Positions 23,348 through 31,963 of a stretch of 64,000 nt of DNA are shown here, one piece after another. Numbering within the stretch: the stretch's first letter is position 1; every line of letters begins with the position of its first letter. The stretch is from Dissulfuribacterales bacterium (GTDB lineage: Bacteria > Desulfobacterota > Dissulfuribacteria > Dissulfuribacterales > DYLC01), in NCBI GenBank assembly GCA_041287365.1, contig JBEULL010000020.1, positions 3,426 through 67,425 of the forward strand. Direction: 5' to 3'. The translations under genes were made by a program, and so were the position numbers. The notes beneath the pieces are model-generated. The model searched no databases. It saw nothing but the letters and a program-made list of their open reading frames with translations, and was not told the origin of the DNA.

Positions 23348-23931
23348 AGAGAATGAAATTGTTGTTTGTAGGGGTAGGCGGTCAGGGAACCCTGTTGGCC
23401 TCGCGTCTTTTGGGTGAGGCCTGTATGAAAAACGGTATTTCTGTTTTGTTGAGCGAGGTGCATGGCATGGCCCAGCGTGGGGGTGTAGTGGAGTCTACTG
23501 TGATGTTGGGTGGTCTGAAAAGCCCTCTGATCTCTTTGGGTGAGGCGGACGTGCTCATCGGCTTTGAGCCGTTGGAGACCCTGCGTGCCATCTCATATTG
23601 CAACAAGGACTCCGTTGTCATTACCAGTCTTTCTCCCATCGTGCCCAATATGGTAAAGCTCGGTGCCTCACAATATCCTGATATCAATAGTCTTTTTAAT
23701 GAAATAAAAGGAATGGTGGCTGGCTTTTATGCCTGTGATGCAGAGGAATTGGCAAATAAGATTGGAAGCCCCAAATCTGTGAATGTGTTGTTGCTAGGTA
23801 TGCTCATGGGAACAGGTTTGTTGCCTGTTTCGATGGAGAGTATGGAGGATACCATTCGCACACAGGTAAAGCCCAAGACCGTGGATGCCAACTTGAATGC
23901 GTTCATGGCCGGAGTAAATCTGGTTTCATAA
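23344..23931 (+). CDS. iorB: indolepyruvate ferredoxin oxidoreductase beta subunit
   Basis: GVGGQG, SEVHGMAQRGG, FEPLE. Confidence 0.95.
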   Translation: MKRMKLLFVGVGGQGTLLASRLLGEACMKNGISVLLSEVHGMAQRGGVVESTVMLGGLKSPLISLGEADVLIGFEPLETLRAISYCNKDSVVITSLSPIVPNMVKLGASQYPDINSLFNEIKGMVAGFYACDAEELANKIGSPKSVNVLLLGMLMGTGLLPVSMESMEDTIRTQVKPKTVDANLNAFMAGVNLVS

Positions 23932-23934
23932 GCA

Positions 23935-24216
23935 ATGAATTCGAATAGGTTGCGAACTATTTGTATTCTGTTGTGCTCTTTTGCCTTGTTGTCTGTTGCA
24001 GGTTGTACCGAAGGGCAACGCAAGGATTTGAAGCATTTCAAGTCGGATGTCATCGGTCTTAAGCGACGCGTGACGCTTTTCGATAACAATGGAAGGCCTA
24101 TCAGGACATGGGAGGGCCGCTTCAAGGTCGAGATTGTAGGTGGTTTTGCATCCTTTATCGATGACAACGGAAAGGATGTCAAGGTAAGTGGTTCTGTTGT
24201 CATAGAAGAGTTCTGA
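23935..24216 (+). CDS. small lipoprotein (DUF5052-like)
   Basis: Lipobox VAGC after hydrophobic signal; GLKRRVTLFD..G..I..WEG. Confidence 0.75.
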   Translation: MNSNRLRTICILLCSFALLSVAGCTEGQRKDLKHFKSDVIGLKRRVTLFDNNGRPIRTWEGRFKVEIVGGFASFIDDNGKDVKVSGSVVIEEF

Positions 24217-24220
24217 AGAG

Positions 24221-24781
24221 ATGGTGAAGCCAGGATTGAAGGTCATTTTGGAGGCCATGTTTTTTGTGGCTGAAAAACCACTGACCATCAAGGAGTTGCA
24301 GGGGTTGTTGCCTGAATTTTCTCCAAGAGAGATTAGGGATTCTATAAGGATTTTGTGTGCTGAGTACGAGCGTGAGGGCCGTGGCTGGGAACTCAAAGAG
24401 GTGGCCGGGGCCTTTCGTCTTCAGTCAAAGGCCGAACTCAAGGAATGGGTGCTGCGCCTCAAGGGTATATGTGCCCAGAGATTGAGCCGGACCGCACTGG
24501 AGACATTAGCTGTAATCGCATATAAACAGCCTGTTTCACGCGCCGAAATAGAATTCATTCGCGGAGTGGATGTGAGTGCTAACTTGCGAATTTTATTGGA
24601 CAAAAAATTCATAAAAATAGTTGGAAGAAAGGACACCCCTGGTCGTCCTTTGATTTACGGTACCACCAGATATTTTATGGACTTTTTCGGGTTGAAGGAT
24701 ATATCTGATCTTCCGGCCTTGAGTGAATTGGATGAGGCAGGATCCTCTTCGCCGATTCTTTTGAATTATGTTGTAAATTGA
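24221..24781 (+). CDS. scpB: SMC-ScpAB complex subunit ScpB
   Basis: LSRTALETLAVIAYKQPVSRAEIE.IRGV, GRP..YGTT..F...FGL. Confidence 0.96.
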   Translation: MVKPGLKVILEAMFFVAEKPLTIKELQGLLPEFSPREIRDSIRILCAEYEREGRGWELKEVAGAFRLQSKAELKEWVLRLKGICAQRLSRTALETLAVIAYKQPVSRAEIEFIRGVDVSANLRILLDKKFIKIVGRKDTPGRPLIYGTTRYFMDFFGLKDISDLPALSELDEAGSSSPILLNYVVN

Positions 24782-24883
24782 ATGGAATTTGCCTCAGGGA
24801 AGTTTCAAAAAACGTTCGTTTTTCGGCCACTGCATTTTTGAAACATCCCTGAAGACAATAAAAGGGAAAGGAGATGTTTGAGA

Positions 24884-25420
24884 ATGAAAAAGGTGATTTG
24901 TTGTATGGCGTCTGCTGTTTCCATTGCGTTGTTTTCCTTCAATGTCTCTGCCGGTCAGATTACCGACAAGGATATCGCAAACGCTCAGCAGAAATGGGGA
25001 GATTGTATAGTCCAGATTGGAAAGGCATTCACGGAAAAAGGTGATTACAAGGCCGTGGCTGAAAAATGTGTGACAGATCTTTATGCTTATGACACAGGTA
25101 CCGTGCTTTTCAAGCCGACCAAGGCTGCTGAAAAACAGTTTCGTTTAACAAAAAAAGAGGCGTTGTCTTATTTTGTAACGGGTGACGTATCTGAAGATCA
25201 TGGCTTTGCCCTTCAGCCGTGGTCAAAGGTGCGTTTCGAGCCCGCGGGTACCATTGTCGATAGCGATTCTGCAATTACAATGGGCAATTACTATTTCACG
25301 GATGCCAAGACAGGAAAGGAGGTCAAGGTAGAGTATACATTTGGATATAAACAGGGTAAGGACGGAAATCTGTTGATCAATCTCCATCATTCATCATTGC
25401 CATATACGCCGGCTCATTGA
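24884..25420 (+). CDS. secreted COG4337-type (iota-class) carbonic anhydrase-like protein
   Basis: Signal peptide; AQQKWG..IV.IG, LYAY..G.VLFKPTKA..QFR, EDHGFAL.PW, MGNYYF, KVEYTFGY, C-terminal HHSSLPY. Confidence 0.75.
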   Translation: MKKVICCMASAVSIALFSFNVSAGQITDKDIANAQQKWGDCIVQIGKAFTEKGDYKAVAEKCVTDLYAYDTGTVLFKPTKAAEKQFRLTKKEALSYFVTGDVSEDHGFALQPWSKVRFEPAGTIVDSDSAITMGNYYFTDAKTGKEVKVEYTFGYKQGKDGNLLINLHHSSLPYTPAH

Positions 25421-25444
25421 TTTTTGGGTGGTTCATATTGTTGT

Positions 25445-25470
25445 GTAGGGGCACGCTGCAGCGTGCCCCT
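25445..25470 (+). repeat. GTAG-type REP-like palindrome
   Basis: GT followed by perfect 24-bp palindrome AGGGGCACGCTGCAGCGTGCCCCT, between convergent genes. Confidence 0.65.
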
Positions 25471-25601
25471 GGTGCATTGCGTCCATTCAAATCACCAACC
25501 ACCATCCTGTCTGGCAACTGACGTTTTTTCATGTAAGTGAGATGGGCGTGATGATAGAGGAATACGATCCTCTGGCGGAATGGCCGAAACCGGACATGGT
25601 C

Positions 25602-27302
25602 TTATCTCGCTACAAGGCCTTTATCCGTCTTGTATTTGAGATTGATGCTGATATTTTCTCTTTCAGAGGTGCTGTTGTTTTCCCACTGCATTTCCTGTCC
25701 AGCGCATCTAATGACGATTTTTCCATATATGCCAAGATATCCAGTTATTTTTATCTGAATTTGTTGCAGATTTTGTTCGATAGCGGCCAACCGGCTTTCT
25801 ATTGAATGCAGATCGGTAAGGATGTCGTTTTTTTCCGCGAATATCTTCAGAATGGCAAGTAACCCCCTGCCAAGGGCAAAAAAACGTTTACCATAATTCT
25901 GCATCCAGGTGGTCACCATTTGATTGGCCTGTTCAGGGGAGCAATTTTTCTTCAGAATGTGGCTTATCACTCCATAAACAGCTTGAATTGCATCCCTTGC
26001 TTCGGTATCTGATTCCGCCGCTGTTTTAAGGTTTTCTGTCTTTTCATACAGGGTGGCCAGTTTTTCTTGCAACTCTTCCGTCTTGTCCTTATATATCAGG
26101 TTGATTGCATCACGTCTCTCTTCAAGCGAGGTCTTTTCCGCCAAAAGCTCTTTACCTATGTTCAATTCCAGTGTGTTTCTGATATTGACTCGTTCTAGAA
26201 AGACCTGATTGGCTGACATGGCTACAAATCCAATCAAGGAGTCCCAGTAAGAGTCTGTGCGGTTGACACGAATCTGTGGGGCTGTCAGATCGACTCTTAG
26301 CATGTCTTTCATGATGAAGGCCGCTGTATTGGCGCGTATGCGGGCATTATAGATGGATTCTGCCATGAGATTTTCAGCAACCTCTATGGATAGTGCTAGG
26401 GGGGCTGTTGTGATGGAATTGGATATATGTACTCCAGGTCCTTCTATCACGCCTTGAATCTCCAGAGAACTTCCAAACACAAAAGGCGATCTTCCACGCA
26501 TGGTCCTTTTTACCACTACGGTTGGCAGGCAGTGAATGGTTGTCTTTTCGTCACAGGTCACGCAGTCGATTTCTTCTATCTCCAGCCGTTTTTTTACATC
26601 CAATCCTATGATCTTGTGGGTATCTTGAAGATAACTGATAGTCGGCAGAATCACTCCTCTATCGATGGATATCAGTTCATCGAAATCCTGTTCACCATCT
26701 GTAAATATCCTTTTTGTTTTTATACCATCCCCTATCAGTAACTCGTAAGGGGTGCCTGAAGGGGATTCTATTTTTTGTCCTGAAACCGTTACGCCTGGAA
26801 TGCCTTGTGTGGGTAAAAACAGTTTGCCTATGGTCTGATTGGCGTCGGTTTCTGGCAATGAGATGATGTCCGCAAAGGTCAGGCGATCCAGATGATATCT
26901 TTTGGTGGTGTCGAACTTAAAGGCTGAAACGAAAAAACCGTCCTTGCCCGAAACAGGGGTGTGTCCGTCTATGAGTAGTATCTTTTTGCCCGGTGACAGG
27001 TCCATAACAACCCGTCTTGGCCTGAGTCCTTCCACCATATTCGCTGCCTCAAACGAGTATGGCCCTGGTCTGAATGCCCGAATGCCATCGGCTATGTTTT
27101 TGGGTAATTTTATTTTATATGAATGAAGAACGAGTCCTATTGCCTGCGTCAGAATATTGACGTCAGTTTCCCAGATATTCGGGGTTTCCATGAGTACACG
27201 AACGACCGCAGCGCCGTAAAATTTTTCTGTTACGGTCTTTAATATGGCATCAGCCATGGAAAGAACGGCAGTTACAAGGTGTTTTGTTTCTGTTGTATTC
27301 AT
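25602..27302 (-). CDS. DUF342/FapA-like protein (divergent)
   Basis: GHTPVSGKDG and PTQGIPGVTVSGQKI resemble the FapA N-domain; beta-rich middle; C-terminal coiled coil. Confidence 0.55.
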   Translation of the reverse strand: MNTTETKHLVTAVLSMADAILKTVTEKFYGAAVVRVLMETPNIWETDVNILTQAIGLVLHSYKIKLPKNIADGIRAFRPGPYSFEAANMVEGLRPRRVVMDLSPGKKILLIDGHTPVSGKDGFFVSAFKFDTTKRYHLDRLTFADIISLPETDANQTIGKLFLPTQGIPGVTVSGQKIESPSGTPYELLIGDGIKTKRIFTDGEQDFDELISIDRGVILPTISYLQDTHKIIGLDVKKRLEIEEIDCVTCDEKTTIHCLPTVVVKRTMRGRSPFVFGSSLEIQGVIEGPGVHISNSITTAPLALSIEVAENLMAESIYNARIRANTAAFIMKDMLRVDLTAPQIRVNRTDSYWDSLIGFVAMSANQVFLERVNIRNTLELNIGKELLAEKTSLEERRDAINLIYKDKTEELQEKLATLYEKTENLKTAAESDTEARDAIQAVYGVISHILKKNCSPEQANQMVTTWMQNYGKRFFALGRGLLAILKIFAEKNDILTDLHSIESRLAAIEQNLQQIQIKITGYLGIYGKIVIRCAGQEMQWENNSTSERENISINLKYKTDKGLVAR

Positions 27303-27370
27303 GTAGTTATGGTCGTACCACGACTTGTCATCTATTGACTATGTCCATAAATAACTTCAGCTGGTTATAT

Positions 27371-27386
27371 TGCAATATTTTTGCCA
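27371..27386 (-). promoter_or_regulatory. sigma54 (-24/-12) promoter for the FapA-like gene
   Basis: Minus strand TGGCAAAAATATTGCA with exact GG-N10-GC spacing, ~70 bp upstream of ATG 27302. Confidence 0.65.
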
Positions 27387-27511
27387 GGTTGCAATCATAA
27401 AATATGGTTTCTCATTTTTCTTATAGTCTGGTAAAATATCTAGCAATGGAAATGGAACAACGGCTTTTATAAAGGGCGTCTTTTAGGGATTGCCACCGGA
27501 GGCTGATTTAT

Positions 27512-30241
27512 ATGACCATGCAGTCGCTTCAGTATCTGTTCAGTCCTCGCAGTATCGCCATTCTTGGACTTGAGGCTAGAGAAGAGCCATTTGCCTCCGC
27601 AGGCAGGATCTTGCTGCAAAATATCGTTACAGCTGGGTTTGAAGGGGTTGTGTACCCCATTCATGGCTCAAAAGAGGCGATGTCTGGAATTTCGACTCTG
27701 TCTAGCGTAAAGGATATTGTCAGGCCGGTGGACCTGGCTGTTTTGTCTGGACCACCTGAGGAGTGGCCTGGGCAGGTGGCTGAGTGCGGCGAAAAGGCGG
27801 TGCGGTCCATCATGATTTTGGGTAGTGACTTCAGGCATCGCGTCAAGGAGCCTGACAAATTGCTGCTTCAGTTGAAAAGACTCTGTTCCAGATATAACAT
27901 CAGATTACTTGGTCCCAATACCATGGGATTTATTCGGCCGAGACTATGGCTCAACGTGAGCACTGGCAGACAGGGGGTTAGATCTGGAGGCCTTGCCTTC
28001 GTATCCCAGAGTTCCACGCTGGCAGCAGGCGTCCTTGACTATGCCATTGCAAAACACATCGGTTTCAGTTCCTTTATTTCCCTTGGCAGTCAGATGGATG
28101 TGGATTTTGCGGATATCCTGGATTTTTTGAGCGTAGATCCAGATACCAAGGCCATTGTGCTGTATATGGAACACATAGAAAACGGCCGCAAATTTGTGGG
28201 TGCGGCCAGGGCCTTTGCCAGGGCCAAACCCCTGATGGTGGTAAAAGGGGGTAGATGTTTCGATGCTATAAATTTGACGGCCAGGCAGGCCGATCTCTTT
28301 GATTCAGACGCTGTGTATGATGCCGTTTTCAAAAGGGCCGGCATGGTGCGTGTGGACGATGTGTTGGAGCTCTTTCATCTGTCTGAATCTCTGGGGCGTT
28401 CCGTTCTGCCCAAAGGAAACCGCCTGCTTGTTGTGACCAACGCAGGCGGGCCTTCTGTAATGGCCGTGGATATGCTGTTGAAGCAGGGTGGGGCTCTGGC
28501 AAGGCTTTCCGAGCAGACGGTGACACGGCTTAATCAGATTCTGCCATTTCACTGGAGCGGCGGAAATCCAGTGGACATATTGTCCGATGCAGGGCCGAAC
28601 AGGTTTGAAAAGGCCATGGATATCTGCATCGCTGAATCCGAGGCTGATGGTATTTTGGTGATTCTTACTCCGCAATTTCTCACTAAACCCATGGAAATGG
28701 CACAAATTTTAGTAAAAATCGCCTCCAATGCCGTACGAAAAACCATTCTGGCCTGTTGGATGGGCTCGGGAGATTTTGCAGAGGCAAGGGATTTTCTGGA
28801 CAGGAATGGAGTGCCGACCTTTGTTACACCGGAACATGCGGTAAAGAGCTTTCTCTATATGCACACCTACAGCCAGAACAATCGGCTGCTCTCCGAGACA
28901 CCTGCCAATATTTTGGAGGATTTTTTTCCTGATTCCGGCAGGGTTGAGCAGATACTCAATGATGCCATTCGTGACGGCAGGCATGTGCTTTATGAAAGGG
29001 AGGCCAAGGCGGTTCTGGCCGCCTATGGTATTGCATCGCCTCCAATATTTTTGGCCTCATCTCCATCGGAGGCCATTTCATATGCCGAAGAGTTGGGGGT
29101 TCCTGTAGCCCTCAAGATAGAATCTCCTTCTGTCCTGCACAAGACAGAGGTCGGTGGAGTTAAATTGCATCTGCGCAGACTGGAGATAGAAGAGGTTTTT
29201 GAGCAGATCGTGAAGACCTTCAGGCGATTGCGGCCTGATGGAGTGTTGAAGGGCATAACCGTGCAGCCCATGGCCCTCTGGCCGGGTTTCGAGTTGGCCA
29301 TAGGTATGAAAAAGGATCCGGTATTCGGTTCGGTCATTCTCTTTGGTGCAGGCGGCAGGCTGTTGAACGCCATGCAGGACTGCTCCATAGCGCTGCCGCC
29401 ACTTAACCAGACTTTGGCCAGACGTCTTCTGGAGGACACCCGTATTTATCATTATCTCAAGAACAAAGCCGTTCCCAAACCATATTTACCCCTGTTGGAA
29501 AAGACACTGCTTCGCTTTTCGCAGCTCGTGGTGGATTTTCCTCAGATTCAGGAAATTGACATCAACCCATTTTTCCTGGGAGAGCTCACAGGGCTCTGTC
29601 TGGATGCAAAGATTATTTTGGAACCAGACTGCAAACCCGATATTCGCAGGGCGCAGGGGGCCTGTTGTCCTCAAAATCTGGTCATTTGTCCGTATCCGTG
29701 TCATTATGTGGATATCATGACCATGAGGGACGGAACACCGTATCTCATTCGTCCCATCAAACCGGAAGACGAACCCTTGATGTATAAGTTGTTCGCAACA
29801 TTTTCTCCGGAGACCATCCGTATGCGTTTTTTTCAGCACATCACCTCGATTTCCCATGATCAAATGGCCCGTTACTGCCAGATAGATTATGATCGGGAGA
29901 TAGCCCTGGTGGCAACCATAACAGAAGGGAGCGAGGAGCATATCATCGGTGTGGGACGGCTGACCATTTTGCCAGATCGGGATCGTGCAGAATTTGCAGT
30001 GGTGGTGGGAGATCCTTGGCACGGTCAGGGTATAGGCAAAAAACTCATGGAGGTCTGCATAGAAGTGGCCCGTGGGCAGGGTATAAAACAAATATTTATG
30101 GATGTCTTGAGGGACAATCAAGCCATGCGTGGCCTTGCCGGAAGGTTTGGTTTTGAAGAGGTAAAACATGAGGATGATGAGTTGCTGCGCTATGTGCTCG
30201 AGCTCTTCAAGCCATCAAGAAAAAAGCGAAAAAATCAGTGA
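27512..30241 (+). CDS. protein lysine acetyltransferase, Pat/Pka type (ACD-like domain plus C-terminal GNAT)
   Basis: LFSPRSIA, LLGPN.MG, TNAGGP, NPVDIL, PVALKI.S...HKTEVGGV, EIDINP; GNAT IRPIKPED...RMRFF...QIDYDREIAL...WHGQGIG. Confidence 0.92.
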   Translation: MTMQSLQYLFSPRSIAILGLEAREEPFASAGRILLQNIVTAGFEGVVYPIHGSKEAMSGISTLSSVKDIVRPVDLAVLSGPPEEWPGQVAECGEKAVRSIMILGSDFRHRVKEPDKLLLQLKRLCSRYNIRLLGPNTMGFIRPRLWLNVSTGRQGVRSGGLAFVSQSSTLAAGVLDYAIAKHIGFSSFISLGSQMDVDFADILDFLSVDPDTKAIVLYMEHIENGRKFVGAARAFARAKPLMVVKGGRCFDAINLTARQADLFDSDAVYDAVFKRAGMVRVDDVLELFHLSESLGRSVLPKGNRLLVVTNAGGPSVMAVDMLLKQGGALARLSEQTVTRLNQILPFHWSGGNPVDILSDAGPNRFEKAMDICIAESEADGILVILTPQFLTKPMEMAQILVKIASNAVRKTILACWMGSGDFAEARDFLDRNGVPTFVTPEHAVKSFLYMHTYSQNNRLLSETPANILEDFFPDSGRVEQILNDAIRDGRHVLYEREAKAVLAAYGIASPPIFLASSPSEAISYAEELGVPVALKIESPSVLHKTEVGGVKLHLRRLEIEEVFEQIVKTFRRLRPDGVLKGITVQPMALWPGFELAIGMKKDPVFGSVILFGAGGRLLNAMQDCSIALPPLNQTLARRLLEDTRIYHYLKNKAVPKPYLPLLEKTLLRFSQLVVDFPQIQEIDINPFFLGELTGLCLDAKIILEPDCKPDIRRAQGACCPQNLVICPYPCHYVDIMTMRDGTPYLIRPIKPEDEPLMYKLFATFSPETIRMRFFQHITSISHDQMARYCQIDYDREIALVATITEGSEEHIIGVGRLTILPDRDRAEFAVVVGDPWHGQGIGKKLMEVCIEVARGQGIKQIFMDVLRDNQAMRGLAGRFGFEEVKHEDDELLRYVLELFKPSRKKRKNQ

Positions 30242-30248
30242 GCACGAC

Positions 30249-31223
30249 ATGCCTGATTTCAAGACCATCACCATCGTCAATTCACCATTTTATATGAAGC
30301 ATGACACAGGGGCTGAACACCCCGAGTCTCCGGAACGCATGACCGCTGTTATGAACAGATTGTTGCGAAACGATCCTGAAGTCCGTATGGTGAAGCTGCC
30401 GGTGGAACTGCTGTCACCCCGTATCGCCGCAAGAGAGGACGTGGTTGCGCTGCACAAGGAAAATTACCTGATGCGTTTTGAAGAGGCCTGTCTGGCTGGA
30501 AAGGAATGGCTTGGACACTCCGACAACCGTATCTCCTATGATTCCTATGAGGCGGCCTTTCTCTCTGCAGGCGCAGGTCTAAGTGCCATAGATTTTTTGG
30601 AAGATGGTTCAAAAAATCCCATCTTTTGTTGCGTCAGACCTCCAGGCCACCATGCCGAGGCGGCCTTGGCCCTTGGCTTTTGTTTTTTGAACAATGTGGC
30701 CATAGCCGCCCGCTACTGGCAGCGCAGATATGGAAGAAAGAAGATATTTATTTTGGACTTCGACGCCCATCATGGCAATGGCATTCAGGAATTGTTTGAC
30801 GAGGATCCCGATGTGTTTTATGTGAGCATACACGAACATCCAACCTTCAGTTTTCCAGGGACAGGCTGGGCCAATGAAAATGGAACGGGGGCCGGCCAGG
30901 GCTTTACCCTCAATATCCCCTTGTCCCCTGGTGCCAAAGACGAAGCAGTATTGAAAGCCATGGAGGAACAAGTCAAACCAGCATTCGATGCCTTTCAGCC
31001 CGATGCTATGGTAGTGGCTGCTGGTTTTGATGGACATGCGCTGGATGATATGTCAGGTTTGGCATATTCTACTAAATTATATGGTAAATTAGGAAGTTAT
31101 CTCTCTGTATGGGCGGAAAACTGTGATAACAGATTGGTATCCATCCTGGAAGGCGGTTATCATCTGGAGGCCCTGGCTGCCGGTGTGGAGGCATATCTGA
31201 TCGGGCTGGCCATAAGGGTGTGA
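30249..31223 (+). CDS. Zn-dependent histone deacetylase-family protein
   Basis: HPESPER, RPPGHHA, GFCFLNN, DFDAHHGNG, AGFDGH..D, LEGGY. Confidence 0.95.
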   Translation: MPDFKTITIVNSPFYMKHDTGAEHPESPERMTAVMNRLLRNDPEVRMVKLPVELLSPRIAAREDVVALHKENYLMRFEEACLAGKEWLGHSDNRISYDSYEAAFLSAGAGLSAIDFLEDGSKNPIFCCVRPPGHHAEAALALGFCFLNNVAIAARYWQRRYGRKKIFILDFDAHHGNGIQELFDEDPDVFYVSIHEHPTFSFPGTGWANENGTGAGQGFTLNIPLSPGAKDEAVLKAMEEQVKPAFDAFQPDAMVVAAGFDGHALDDMSGLAYSTKLYGKLGSYLSVWAENCDNRLVSILEGGYHLEALAAGVEAYLIGLAIRV

Positions 31224-31309
31224 CCAACCCATCGCCGTGCCCTCAATAAAGAAGGCAGGGCCGTGTAAGGGCGGAGCAACCTCGACCAAGTCAACAATGA
31301 GGAGGCGCT

Positions 31310-31963
31310 ATGTTTGTAAGGGATTATATGACACGAAATCCGGTTACGGTGATGCCTGGTGTGGCCATTCCTGTGGTCAGGGGTCTGCTTAGTGACAAGG
31401 GTTTTCGGCATGTGCCTGTGGTGAATGAAGAGGGCAGGCTTTTGGGGGTGGTGACCGACAGGGATATTCGATCCGCCTATCCCTCTCTTCTGATACCTGA
31501 GACAGAGAGCAGGGTGCAGCTCGAACGCATGGCGCAAACGCCGGTAGAGGCTATCATGTCCAAAAATGTGGTTTCTCTCCATTGCAACGCTACACTGGAC
31601 GATGCCCTTTTACTCATCGACAAAAAGAAGGTGGGCGCTGTGCCTGTGATCGATGAAAATGGACGGGTGATCGGTGTTTTTTCCATTCGAGACTTGATGA
31701 GGGCATACAGTCAGCTCTTTGGGTTGGCGGAAAAGGGCAGTGTGTTGATTGTCCTAAGAAACAGTGATCAGCCGGACATCTTGAGTCGTATCCTTCAAGC
31801 CCTGGAATCTCATGGAATCGTCTGTACTCGAATTGTGAGACCCGTTGGTTCATTGTATATCTATCTTCGTGTTCAGACATTTAATCTGCGTGCAGTGCAC
31901 ACCCTGTTGAGGGAGGCTGGTTTTGAACCTGTTGTAGGAGCAGAAATAGGTCAGGAGGCGTAA
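31310..31963 (+). CDS. CBS-pair (plus ACT-like) protein, AcuB-like
   Basis: MFVRDYMT..PVTV, RHVPVV, GVVTDRDI, second CBS domain, C-terminal ACT-like segment; RBS GAGGAGG. Confidence 0.85.
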   Translation: MFVRDYMTRNPVTVMPGVAIPVVRGLLSDKGFRHVPVVNEEGRLLGVVTDRDIRSAYPSLLIPETESRVQLERMAQTPVEAIMSKNVVSLHCNATLDDALLLIDKKKVGAVPVIDENGRVIGVFSIRDLMRAYSQLFGLAEKGSVLIVLRNSDQPDILSRILQALESHGIVCTRIVRPVGSLYIYLRVQTFNLRAVHTLLREAGFEPVVGAEIGQEA

